A stretch of DNA of 64,000 bases, taken from assembly GCA_964022095.1 (NCBI GenBank), contig CAXHZO010000006.1, positions 39,485-103,484 on the forward strand, written 5' to 3'. The notes under the pieces were generated by a model. That model was not told the origin of the DNA. It worked only from the letters and a program-made list of their open reading frames with translations, and did no database searches. Numbering within the stretch: position 1 is the first letter of the stretch; every line of letters starts with the position of its first letter. The translations under genes were made by a program, and so were the position numbers. The DNA comes from an uncultured Arcobacteraceae bacterium (GTDB lineage: Bacteria; Campylobacterota; Campylobacteria; Campylobacterales; Arcobacteraceae). Below, piece by piece: positions 19,310 to 28,648 of this stretch.

Positions 19310-21498
19310 GACTAGTTGTTTTATTTATTTTAACTTTTAATATTTTAATTGCCACTGCTTTAGACCCATTAACTCTTGCAAAAGTAAAAAAAGCAGTACA
19401 AAAAGAAGAGTTAGTAGCTAAAGCATACAAAGAGTATTTATATGACAAGGGTGCAATTCCTTCAATAAATACTTTAATTTCCAATAATTATTTACCAAAG
19501 GGATTTAGTAGTATTAATCCTTTTGGTAAGCAAATGATAATTAATGTTAATATAATCGAAAATACAATTCCTGATAGTGTAAAAATAAATGCATATGATT
19601 ATTACTATACAAGTAAGTATAGAACAAATACTGTTGAACCCCTAAATTTAGATAGTGATGAAGTAAAAATCAAATTAAGTAAAAAAGAACAAATTATTTT
19701 TGAAAAAAGAAGTGAAATTGATAATGCTAGTCCCGTAAGTGAATATAAATTAGAAGATGGAGTTCTAAGTTGGTATGATTCAAATGGAAATTATATGTTC
19801 TCTTATGATGGAGATAAACTTATTGTAGATAGTACCGTAACAATTTTAGATGCAGCTTCTAACTTTGCTTCTAACTTTGATACTATGACTTCAGGTTTTA
19901 GGCATGCTGGTCAAACAATACTTCAAGAAAGTAATGGTGTAGTTGAAGATTATATAACTCTTGAGGAAGGTGCAGTTGCTTTAAATGAGTTTACAAAAAG
20001 TTATGGAGCTACTAAAATACAGTTTACAAGACGTGCTGGGGGTATGATTGTAAATGGAGATATTTATACTTGGGGAAATAATGAAAATAGAATTACAAGT
20101 ATAAAAAGTGATGATTTAACAGGAGATAGAAGTGATACAGCTCCTGTTATTAATGCTTTAGTAAGAGTAAAAGCTAATGTACCATCTCGCAGTGTAGATG
20201 GAGTAAATTTAGGAGATGTTACTTCTGTGAAATATTTTTCTTCTCCTATGCGACCAAGGTTTGTTGATTTTCATGCAACTGTTTATTCTAGTGTTTGTGG
20301 AGTTACAAGTAAAGGTGAGCTTTTTTGTGGTGGAACAACAGGAAAAGATCAATCTTTTGGAACAATGTTTACTCACCTAGATAAACAGGGATATAACGAT
20401 GAAATGTTATATCGAAGTACATTTTTTGATGGAGCAGCTGATTCACCAAAAGCTAAAAAAGTATTTTCAAATAACCAGATATGGCATATCTTAAGTGAAG
20501 AGGGAGATATTTATAGATGGGGTTATGATCATTCTGGTTTTGCTGGAACAGGAAACAAAAGATGGAACTATTATAGTAGAAATACTCATCTTGACCCAGA
20601 GATAATACCTGATACAGGTGCTAAATTTGATGATATAACTTATCTTTTAACTATTGGATACAGAAAAATTGGTGCATTATCAACTACTGGTGATATTTAT
20701 ATTTGGGGTGTTGAAACTAAAAACTCTAATAATTATGATTGTACTGAAACTTGGGAATATAAATATTATAATTTATGTGAACCAACTAGAGTAACAACAT
20801 CAAACTCTACAATGACTGAAGATCTTACTTTTAAAAGTATTAAAGGTGGTCTTGAGGCATTTATAGCTCAAGCAACAAATGGAAACTATTATAAAATATA
20901 TCATCCTTTAAGAAAGAAGATTCAAGTTGAGTCTTTAAATGAAAAGATTAAAACCTATTCTGAGTATAATGAAGCAGATGATAGTAGTATTTTATCAATA
21001 GATTTATCAAGTAAATTAAATGGTTCTACTTTAGAAATAAACAAAGGAATTGTTTGGGTAAATGGAAACAATGAATTAAAAGGTGATTATTTTACTGCTG
21101 ATAATAGTATAGATAGTTTATTTAAAGATGCAATATCTAAAATAAAATGGAAAAAAATAAAAGTAATTCAAGATGATAATGGTATGTGTGGAATTGATGT
21201 CAATAATCAAATGTATTGCTGGGGTGTAATGTCATATTATAGAGGAGATACTCCTAGTTCTGATGATATTGATAGAATGGGTAATACTTTTATGATACCT
21301 GTTTTTAATTCTAATTTATATGATTTAAAAAAAGATTTTTTAGTGGTTGAAGGTGGTCTTGATGGAAGTAGAGGTTATCTTACAAATATGACATCAGATG
21401 AATGGAAAACTACAAATAGTGATGGATATAGTGGAGCATTTTTTATGAAATACCCTACATATGTTGGTGGATTTAATTTTGAATTTGAGTTTAAATAA
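19306..21498 (+). CDS. large secreted adhesin-like protein: pilin-head-like domain and RCC1-like repeats (paralog 4 of 4)
   Basis: Signal peptide. KEELVAKAYKEYL...LISNNYLPKGFSSINPFGK. Repeats GDIYTWGNN, GDIYRWGY, GDIYIWGV, QMYCWG. C-terminus shared with the 10807-13692 protein. Confidence 0.7.
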   Translation: MRLVVLFILTFNILIATALDPLTLAKVKKAVQKEELVAKAYKEYLYDKGAIPSINTLISNNYLPKGFSSINPFGKQMIINVNIIENTIPDSVKINAYDYYYTSKYRTNTVEPLNLDSDEVKIKLSKKEQIIFEKRSEIDNASPVSEYKLEDGVLSWYDSNGNYMFSYDGDKLIVDSTVTILDAASNFASNFDTMTSGFRHAGQTILQESNGVVEDYITLEEGAVALNEFTKSYGATKIQFTRRAGGMIVNGDIYTWGNNENRITSIKSDDLTGDRSDTAPVINALVRVKANVPSRSVDGVNLGDVTSVKYFSSPMRPRFVDFHATVYSSVCGVTSKGELFCGGTTGKDQSFGTMFTHLDKQGYNDEMLYRSTFFDGAADSPKAKKVFSNNQIWHILSEEGDIYRWGYDHSGFAGTGNKRWNYYSRNTHLDPEIIPDTGAKFDDITYLLTIGYRKIGALSTTGDIYIWGVETKNSNNYDCTETWEYKYYNLCEPTRVTTSNSTMTEDLTFKSIKGGLEAFIAQATNGNYYKIYHPLRKKIQVESLNEKIKTYSEYNEADDSSILSIDLSSKLNGSTLEINKGIVWVNGNNELKGDYFTADNSIDSLFKDAISKIKWKKIKVIQDDNGMCGIDVNNQMYCWGVMSYYRGDTPSSDDIDRMGNTFMIPVFNSNLYDLKKDFLVVEGGLDGSRGYLTNMTSDEWKTTNSDGYSGAFFMKYPTYVGGFNFEFEFK

Positions 21499-21513
21499 GG
21501 AAAAAGAGGAAAC

Positions 21514-22530
21514 ATGAAAAGAAGTATAGTTTTTATTAGTTTATTAATGATTTTAAATACAGGGATGTATGCAAATGAAATGGAAAATGTTGATAAACTA
21601 GATGTTTTAGATAAGCAATCAAAAGAGTTTTTTAAAGCAATTACAGGTTTAGAAAAAGATTATCTAGAAGAGCAAATAACTAGTATTGAAAGCAAAAAAA
21701 ATCAACCTGTACAAAATAATAATACCACACAAAATAGAGCAATTACTCCTTCTATTCCTGAAGTTACAAAAGAAGAAAAAGAAAAAAATATATTTAAACA
21801 TCAAAATGAAATAGCTAGACTTACAACTGATTTTACAAGAACAAAACAACTAAAAGATATTAGAATAAAAAGTATGTACTCTTTTAATGGAAAAAGTTAT
21901 GTAGTTTTAAAACTTGATAATAAAACAGCAAACACTACAGGTGAATTAAGCTCAAGTATCGAAGGACGATATCTAAGTGGAGATTATATTTTAGGTCATA
22001 AAATTACATCAGTAAATGTTAGAACAAAAAGCATAAAACTATATAAAAAACTTGATAAAGAGTATGGATACAATATATATTTAAGTAATTATGGTATTAG
22101 TGTTAGTGATTTAATTAAGTATGAAATTGATGAAAAAAAACAGAAGAAAAGTAGTAAAACTGTACAAAGAGAAGAGAATAAAGTAAAAAATGCTTTTGCT
22201 AATTTAGCTGAATCAAGTGTTGAGGTAAATACAAATGAAACTTTAAATATACAAAATTTATCAATGCAAAAAGATTTAGTTGATAAGTGTTTATATACAG
22301 TAAAAGTTTCAAATCTAAATGTTAGAAATGCAACACAATTAGATGCTAGAATATTAAGAATATTAAGAATTGATGATCAATTTACAATTGTACAAAAAAG
22401 TGGCCAGTGGGTTGAGCTTGATACAATATATAAGAAAAAATCAGGTGATGTAATGCCAGTAGAAAATAAAAGTAACTGGGTAAATATAACAACTCAAAAC
22501 GTAAAAGCAACTAATGAAAGTTGTATATAG
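21514..22530 (+). CDS. secreted PilP-like protein with C-terminal SH3b domain
   Basis: Signal peptide. Beta domain IKSMYSFNGKSYVVL...LSGDYILGHKITSV resembles PilP/HR domains. LNVRNA...RILRIL...SGQWV is SH3b-like. Confidence 0.55.
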   Translation: MKRSIVFISLLMILNTGMYANEMENVDKLDVLDKQSKEFFKAITGLEKDYLEEQITSIESKKNQPVQNNNTTQNRAITPSIPEVTKEEKEKNIFKHQNEIARLTTDFTRTKQLKDIRIKSMYSFNGKSYVVLKLDNKTANTTGELSSSIEGRYLSGDYILGHKITSVNVRTKSIKLYKKLDKEYGYNIYLSNYGISVSDLIKYEIDEKKQKKSSKTVQREENKVKNAFANLAESSVEVNTNETLNIQNLSMQKDLVDKCLYTVKVSNLNVRNATQLDARILRILRIDDQFTIVQKSGQWVELDTIYKKKSGDVMPVENKSNWVNITTQNVKATNESCI

Positions 22531-22539
22531 GATAATATT

Positions 22540-23610
22540 TTGGAATATATAAATAGTTGTAAAGAGGAAATATCATTACGTTTAAATAAAATAGAACAAG
22601 AAATAGTTCCTTTAATAAATGATTACGAAACATTTTTTAATATTGAAAAAGTTTTCTCAAGTGAAAATGGTGGGAAAACTAGATTAAATAGACAACTATT
22701 TAATGAAAATCATGAGTCTATTGTTGAAAAAATAGTACAAATAAATGATATTTTTGATGATGCATTAGATATTATAAAATCAAATATTCAATCAATATTA
22801 GGTGAATTTAAAGAGTTTAATAAAGTAGATTTAATTAATTTAATATTTGATGACTCAAACTTTTTAGAGATATTAGAATTAGACTTAAATAATCAAGTTG
22901 TAACAAAAGCAAAAAGAAAGCAAGTTGTAAATGAAATAGGAGCTTTATTAGCTTTAAAAAATAGAATTTTTAATTTGAAATATTATTTAAGTATGTTTGA
23001 TACAAGTATTTTTGATAAACTATTAAATAAGTTAGGTGTTGAAGACTTGATAAATAGCTCTGTGATATTTGAAATTATTGATTCATATGGCTTACAGTTT
23101 GATGAATTAACAAAATTTAAAGAAGAGCTAAAAACACTTCAACCAATTGAGGAAAAAGTAATTAGTTTTCAATTTTTAAACTCTATTTTAGAACTACATA
23201 AAAGAAGAAGTGAAAACTTTATTTATGCAAATACTAGATATAAAATTACCATTGATTATAACAATGAATTAGAATTAAGAAAAGCTATTTTAGTAAATAA
23301 AGCTTATTTAGAAAATATCATTTCTTATTTTATTGAACAGTCTTGTATGGATTTAGTAAAACAAGAGTTAAAAAAAGGAAAAATCCAGAAGTTTATTGAT
23401 ATTTCTATTCAAAAGATTAAAGGGAAATATATTTTAACTGTAAAAAACAATGGATTTGAAGTTAAGAATATTTATAATCTTTTTGTTTCTGATGTTGATA
23501 ATAAATATATATTAGAATCTAAAAACTTAGCAGATTCTATGAATGGAAATATTGAAATATATCCAATACCTGGTGAAGGAATGGTTTACTCTTTTATTTT
23601 TAAACCATAA
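22540..23610 (+). CDS. soluble protein with degenerate HATPase_c-like C-terminus
   Basis: LTVKNNG and SMNGNIEIYPIPGEGMVYSF resemble G1 and G3 boxes; N box, F/G2 box and H box are not recognisable. Confidence 0.55.
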   Translation: MEYINSCKEEISLRLNKIEQEIVPLINDYETFFNIEKVFSSENGGKTRLNRQLFNENHESIVEKIVQINDIFDDALDIIKSNIQSILGEFKEFNKVDLINLIFDDSNFLEILELDLNNQVVTKAKRKQVVNEIGALLALKNRIFNLKYYLSMFDTSIFDKLLNKLGVEDLINSSVIFEIIDSYGLQFDELTKFKEELKTLQPIEEKVISFQFLNSILELHKRRSENFIYANTRYKITIDYNNELELRKAILVNKAYLENIISYFIEQSCMDLVKQELKKGKIQKFIDISIQKIKGKYILTVKNNGFEVKNIYNLFVSDVDNKYILESKNLADSMNGNIEIYPIPGEGMVYSFIFKP

Positions 23611-23634
23611 CTAAAAGCAAATGCTTTTAGTTAT
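23607..23634. terminator. hairpin between convergent genes
   Basis: ATAACTAAAAGC-aaat-GCTTTTAGTTAT. Confidence 0.6.
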
Positions 23635-24796
23635 CTGCAAAATTACCAATAATCTCTTTTGCTTTTTGTAGGGCTTTATCGCTACTATCTTTGTCAAATG
23701 TTAGTGCAACAGCCATTCTTCTTCCTACATGGCTTTGAGGCTTACCAAATACTCTAATTAAAGAATCTTTTGTAAATGATGAATCAAATATATCAATTTG
23801 TGGATTAAAGCTATCAGCACTTGCTTTATAAGCTGCACTTGCACCTGCACCATAATCAATATAATCTAATGGAAGACCTAAAACTGCTCTTACATGAAGT
23901 GCAAACTCACTAGCACTTTGAGTAATCATAGTAACCATGCCAGTATCATGCGGTCTTGGAGATACTTCTGAGAAGTATACATCATCACCTTTTACAAATA
24001 GTTCAACTCCAAAAATACCTCTACCACCTAAACCATCAGTAATAGTTTTCGCAACTTCTTGAGATTTGGCTTTTGCAATTTCACTCATATTCATAGGTTG
24101 CCAAGAGAAGATGTAGTCTCCATCTTGTTGTATATGTCCAATTGGTTCACAAAATACTGTCTCTTTTTCATTTCTAGCAGTTAATAGTGTGATTTCATAA
24201 TCAAAAGTGATAAACTCTTCAACAATTAATTCACTAGCATCACCTCTAGCTTCTTTTGCTAACTCCCAAGAGTTTTTTAAATCATCAGCACTTTTTGCAA
24301 TACTTTGTCCATGTCCAGAACTACTCATAACAGGTTTAATAACACAAGGAAAACCAATATTACTTGCTGCACTTTGAAGTGCTTCAAAAGTAGTTACAAA
24401 TTCATATTTACTAGTTGGAAGACCAAGTTCTACAGCTGCAAACTCTCTAATATTTTTTCTATTCATTGTTTTGTTAACAGCATCTGCATTTGGAATTACA
24501 TGAAAACCTTCATCTTCTGCATCAAATAATGCATCAATACTAATTGCTTCAACTTCTGGTAAGATATAAGTAGGTTTTTCTCTTCTAATTACATCTAATA
24601 CTTCATTTTTATCTTTCATATTAATTGTATAAGATTTATTAGCAACCAACTGTGCTGGTGCATTATTATAGCTATCTACAGCAATTGTTTCTATTCCTAA
24701 TCTTTGTGCTTCAATAACAACTTCTTTACCTAATTCACCACTTCCTAGAAGCATAATTTTAATTGAATCAGATTTTAGTGGAGCTGGAAATTTCAT
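23627..24796 (-). CDS. purT: formate-dependent phosphoribosylglycinamide formyltransferase
   Basis: [38 protein letters not shown]. Confidence 0.97.
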   Translation of the reverse strand: MKFPAPLKSDSIKIMLLGSGELGKEVVIEAQRLGIETIAVDSYNNAPAQLVANKSYTINMKDKNEVLDVIRREKPTYILPEVEAISIDALFDAEDEGFHVIPNADAVNKTMNRKNIREFAAVELGLPTSKYEFVTTFEALQSAASNIGFPCVIKPVMSSSGHGQSIAKSADDLKNSWELAKEARGDASELIVEEFITFDYEITLLTARNEKETVFCEPIGHIQQDGDYIFSWQPMNMSEIAKAKSQEVAKTITDGLGGRGIFGVELFVKGDDVYFSEVSPRPHDTGMVTMITQSASEFALHVRAVLGLPLDYIDYGAGASAAYKASADSFNPQIDIFDSSFTKDSLIRVFGKPQSHVGRRMAVALTFDKDSSDKALQKAKEIIGNFADN

Positions 24797-24808
24797 TTAG
24801 TTCATCCT

Positions 24809-25570
24809 TTATTTTGTATTTAAGTTCGTATAAAAATACGTATCATAGTTTGTAAGATTATTTGTTTTTATTACATTTTTTAGAATATCTAAGTATTCAT
24901 GGGCAATTCCTGAATAGTTTATCATAGTTTGTGATAGAGCAAAACCGTCTAGTTGTTTATTGTTTACCCTAAATTCAAATCTCTTTTTTCTAAAGTTCTT
25001 ATAGGCATTATTTCTATTTAAATTTAACATATAAGCACTAATAGAGTCTTGTAAGGATTTGAAAACTCTAATAAAATGAGTAGCTTCAATTTCTCTTCTT
25101 TTGGGAAGCATTCCTATTCTTGGATTATATGTCCAATGCCCAAATATATTATTAGCTTCTTTTATAAATCTACTCTTTCCCCAACCACTCTCAATTGCTG
25201 CTTGTGCTAAAGCTTGAGAAGGAGGAACAATATCGATTTTTTTTGAATATTCACTATAAGTGTAAATATTTTTTACTCTATATCTTTTTTTTATTTCTAA
25301 AAGTTTTTTAAACTGTATTGATGAAAAATTTAGTGAAAGAATATTTGAATTTAAAATACTTTTTACAAATTTTCTTTCATTTAAAATTTTTATATTTTCT
25401 TGTTCTACCATGTTATATATATAATCAAAGAAATACTTTTTTGATTTATCTGTATCTTTGATTTTGTAATACTCTTTTGGCATTCCCTTAGCAAAAGTAA
25501 TATCAGTAAAAAATAGTAATGAACTTGCTAATAAAATTTTCTTAGAGTATTTAGATATTAAAGTAATCAT
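24809..25570 (-). CDS. Bax-like glucosaminidase (GH73) domain protein
   Basis: LAQAAIESGWGKSRF..EANNIFG, YMLNLN, YS motif; signal peptide. Confidence 0.88.
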   Translation of the reverse strand: MITLISKYSKKILLASSLLFFTDITFAKGMPKEYYKIKDTDKSKKYFFDYIYNMVEQENIKILNERKFVKSILNSNILSLNFSSIQFKKLLEIKKRYRVKNIYTYSEYSKKIDIVPPSQALAQAAIESGWGKSRFIKEANNIFGHWTYNPRIGMLPKRREIEATHFIRVFKSLQDSISAYMLNLNRNNAYKNFRKKRFEFRVNNKQLDGFALSQTMINYSGIAHEYLDILKNVIKTNNLTNYDTYFYTNLNTK

Positions 25571-25572
25571 AA

Positions 25573-26310
25573 TTAAACTTCAGTAACAAATACTTTTTTA
25601 ACTGCACCTTTGAAATAAATAGTGCCATTTTTCTTACTTAAAGTTAGCTCTTCATTGCTTTTAGGATATACAAATGTACTATCTTTTACTAATCCTAAAT
25701 CATGTGCTCTTAAAAAACAAGCAGCCATACCAGTTCCACAAGCTAATGTTTCACCTTCAACACCTCTTTCATAAGTTCTAACATAAATTTTACCATCAAC
25801 AACTTTTGCATAGTTTACATTTGCATTATGTTCATATCTCATTGTTGAACTCATTTTATGATCATAAATATCTAAATCATCAACAATAGTCACTAAATGA
25901 GGAACTCCAGTATCAACTAAAAACCAAGTAAGTCCATATTGCGAAAATGGTTCTTTTACTACAGCAGGAGCTGTTAATTGTGACTCAACAATATTTTCTT
26001 CAACAACTGATTCAATAATCCCTGCACCTGTTAGAAATTTTAGATTTGAAGAGGCTAAACCATTATTATATGCATAATGCGCAACTGCTCTTGAAGCATT
26101 TCCACACATAGCAGCATCACTTCCATCACTATTATAAAATAGCCATTTAAAATCAGCATCTCCACAAGGAACTACAACAACTAAACCATCTGCACCTATT
26201 CCTTCGGTTCTATTGCATAGTTTTATTGCATCTTGTGAAAAATCTTTTTCTAAAAAAGTGTGAAAAATTACAAAGTCATTTCCACTTGCACTATATTTTG
26301 TATATGTCAT
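25573..26310 (-). CDS. dapF: diaminopimelate epimerase
   Basis: GNDF, GIGADG, NSDGS.AAMCGN, ERGVEGETLACGTG. Confidence 0.97.
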   Translation of the reverse strand: MTYTKYSASGNDFVIFHTFLEKDFSQDAIKLCNRTEGIGADGLVVVVPCGDADFKWLFYNSDGSDAAMCGNASRAVAHYAYNNGLASSNLKFLTGAGIIESVVEENIVESQLTAPAVVKEPFSQYGLTWFLVDTGVPHLVTIVDDLDIYDHKMSSTMRYEHNANVNYAKVVDGKIYVRTYERGVEGETLACGTGMAACFLRAHDLGLVKDSTFVYPKSNEELTLSKKNGTIYFKGAVKKVFVTEV

Positions 26311-26900
26311 ATAATCTCTCCAATGATCTTTTCAACTTCATTTTGTAAATGCTTTAAATCTTTTGAATTGTCAATAACCATATCAGCCATCTGTTTTTTC
26401 TTTTCAATGTCCCATTGATTAGAAATCTTCATCAATGCCTCTTCTTTTGATATATTATCTCTTTTCATCAATCTATCAATTTGAATATCCTTTGGAGTAT
26501 AAATCACAAGGGACCTTGGAATTGGATAGTGCATTTTTTCAAAAAACAGAGGGATGTCTACAAAATATGGTTTATTTTGTAATTCAAATACTCTTGATTC
26601 TTTTACAATTTCATCTTTAATTAAAGGGTGTAAAAGTCCTTCTAGTTTTAATTTATTCTCTTCATTTGAGAATATAATTTTTCCTAATTCTTTTCTAATA
26701 ACTTTTCCATTTTTATCTACATATTGGCTGCCAAACATCTCAGCAATTTTTGCAGAGTTTTCATCTAATAATTTATGTGCAATTTTATCTGCATCAATTG
26801 TTAGAAAACCATGTAATTTGAAAAGGTTACAAGTTGTACTTTTCCCTGTGGAAATTCCACCTGTTAAGGCGATAGCGTTTTTAAATAAATCGTTACTCAT
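26307..26900 (-). CDS. coaE: dephospho-CoA kinase
   Basis: LTGGISTGKST, DADKIAH, LLHPLI, DIPLFFE. Confidence 0.96.
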   Translation of the reverse strand: MSNDLFKNAIALTGGISTGKSTTCNLFKLHGFLTIDADKIAHKLLDENSAKIAEMFGSQYVDKNGKVIRKELGKIIFSNEENKLKLEGLLHPLIKDEIVKESRVFELQNKPYFVDIPLFFEKMHYPIPRSLVIYTPKDIQIDRLMKRDNISKEEALMKISNQWDIEKKKQMADMVIDNSKDLKHLQNEVEKIIGEII

Positions 26901-26949
26901 AGTAGATATTCTACTAAAAGTAAGATTTATTTTGAGTTAATGTAAGTTT

Positions 26950-27498
26950 TTATCTTTTTGCAATACCAGTTAAAGCTTTATGCTCTGAAGCTGGAAATAC
27001 AAATGAAGCAGTGTGAATTTCTGAACTATAGTAGTTTAATCCATCAATTAAATCTGCTCTTTGAAGATTTAAATCTGCTGTTGGATGATAGTTTTTAGAT
27101 GCAATGATTGAAGTGTTATGACCAAATTTAAATGGCATAGCAATCCAGAATTTTGTTCCAACTAACTCTAAGTCAGCTTTTAATTTTGCTTCATCTTTTG
27201 AAAATGCAGATGTTGCAAGACAGATAAGTCCATCATCTTTTAAAATTCTTTCAATATTTGCAAGTAGTAATTCATCAACTTGTACATCTGTAAAAATAAT
27301 TACGTCAATATTTTTCTCATTTTTAGATGTTAAAAGTGATGCATCACCAAATTCAAAACTTGAGTTAAGTGAGTGTTTTTGAGTTTGAACTTTAAATTCT
27401 TCATCAACTGTACCTATTACTAGAACGTTTGATGCTTCTTTATGTGTACATAATGGTATATGTACCATCATTTCATTAAATGCGTTTGAATCTCTCAT
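26950..27498 (-). CDS. truncated/degenerate spermidine synthase-like protein
   Basis: EMMVHIPLCTH...VLVIG and YYSSEIHTASFVFP are SpeE-like, but the GGGDG motif and N-terminal domain are absent. Confidence 0.7.
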   Translation of the reverse strand: MRDSNAFNEMMVHIPLCTHKEASNVLVIGTVDEEFKVQTQKHSLNSSFEFGDASLLTSKNEKNIDVIIFTDVQVDELLLANIERILKDDGLICLATSAFSKDEAKLKADLELVGTKFWIAMPFKFGHNTSIIASKNYHPTADLNLQRADLIDGLNYYSSEIHTASFVFPASEHKALTGIAKR

Positions 27499-27596
27499 AA
27501 TATATAATCCTTAATATTTATAAACATTTCGATATAATACCAAAAAAATTTTAAATCAACTTAGATAAAACAACAAACAATGAAAAAAGGTGAATA

Positions 27597-28592
27597 ATGA
27601 GTACAGTAAGTTACAAAGATGCTGGTGTTGATATTGATGCAGGTAATCAGTTTGTAGAAAATATTAAACCACACGTAAAATCAACTTTAATCCCAGGAGT
27701 ACTAGGTGGTATAGGTTCTTTTGCTGGTGCATTTGAATTACCAACTGGATATAAAAACCCAGTATTACTTTCAGGAACAGATGGTGTTGGAACAAAATTA
27801 AAATTAGCAATCGATTCTAAAAAATTTGATACAGTTGGTATTGATTTAGTTGCTATGTGTACAAATGACTTATTATGTAACTTTGGTGAGCCATTATTCT
27901 TCTTAGATTATTACGCAACTGCAAAACTTGAAGTAAATGAAGCAACTGATGTTGTAAAAGGTATTGCGCAAGGTTGTATCCAAAGCGAGTGTGCACTAGT
28001 TGGTGGTGAAACTGCAGAAATGCCAGGAATGTACAAAGAGGGTGATTTTGATTTAGCTGGTTTTTGTGTTGGAATTGCAGAAAAAGATGAATTAAACAGA
28101 ATTGAAAAAGTAAATGCAGGTGATGTGTTAATTGCACTTCCTTCTTCTGGTATCCATTCAAATGGCTTTTCATTAGTTAGAAAGTTACTTTTAGAAAAAT
28201 TAGGAATGAGCTTAGATGATGACTTTAATGGTAAGCCATTAAAAGATGTATTATTAGAGCCAACAAGAATTTATGTAAAAGAATTTAAAGCAAACAAAGA
28301 TAACATCAATGCTTTAGCTCATATTACTGGTGGTGGTATTACTGAAAACTTACCAAGAGTTTTACCTGATAATTTAAAAGCAATTATAAAAAGAGACTCT
28401 GTAAGAGTACTTCCAATTTTTGAATTTATGGGTAACCATGTGGAAACTGAAGAAATGTACAGAACATTCAATATGGGTGTAGGTATGATTTTAGTTGTAA
28501 ATCCAGATAAAGTTGATGCTGTCTTAGCTAATACTGATGGTTATGTTATAGGTGAATTAGCAGATGGAGAAAAAGGTGTAGAGTACATCTAG
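27597..28592 (+). CDS. purM: phosphoribosylformylglycinamidine cyclo-ligase
   Basis: [42 protein letters not shown]. Confidence 0.98.
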   Translation: MSTVSYKDAGVDIDAGNQFVENIKPHVKSTLIPGVLGGIGSFAGAFELPTGYKNPVLLSGTDGVGTKLKLAIDSKKFDTVGIDLVAMCTNDLLCNFGEPLFFLDYYATAKLEVNEATDVVKGIAQGCIQSECALVGGETAEMPGMYKEGDFDLAGFCVGIAEKDELNRIEKVNAGDVLIALPSSGIHSNGFSLVRKLLLEKLGMSLDDDFNGKPLKDVLLEPTRIYVKEFKANKDNINALAHITGGGITENLPRVLPDNLKAIIKRDSVRVLPIFEFMGNHVETEEMYRTFNMGVGMILVVNPDKVDAVLANTDGYVIGELADGEKGVEYI

Positions 28593-28615
28593 TTTATTAG
28601 ATTATTACATATTTT

Positions 28616-28648
28616 AAAGGTAAGTTCATTTTGAACTTACCTTTTTTT
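28616..28648 (+). terminator. rho-independent terminator, probably bidirectional
   Basis: AAAGGTAAGTTCA-ttt-TGAACTTACCTTT plus a T run. Confidence 0.85.

Noticed and set aside
7223-23610. Conjugative thin pilus with a shufflon
   Set aside because: No Rci-like recombinase, inverted C-terminal cassettes or T4SS genes were seen, despite a PilV-like motif in one adhesin.
6860-23640. Filament cluster as an integrative element inserted at tRNA-Arg
   Set aside because: No integrase, relaxase or transposase, and no repeat of the tRNA 3' end was seen at the purT boundary. Composition looks like the flanks by eye.
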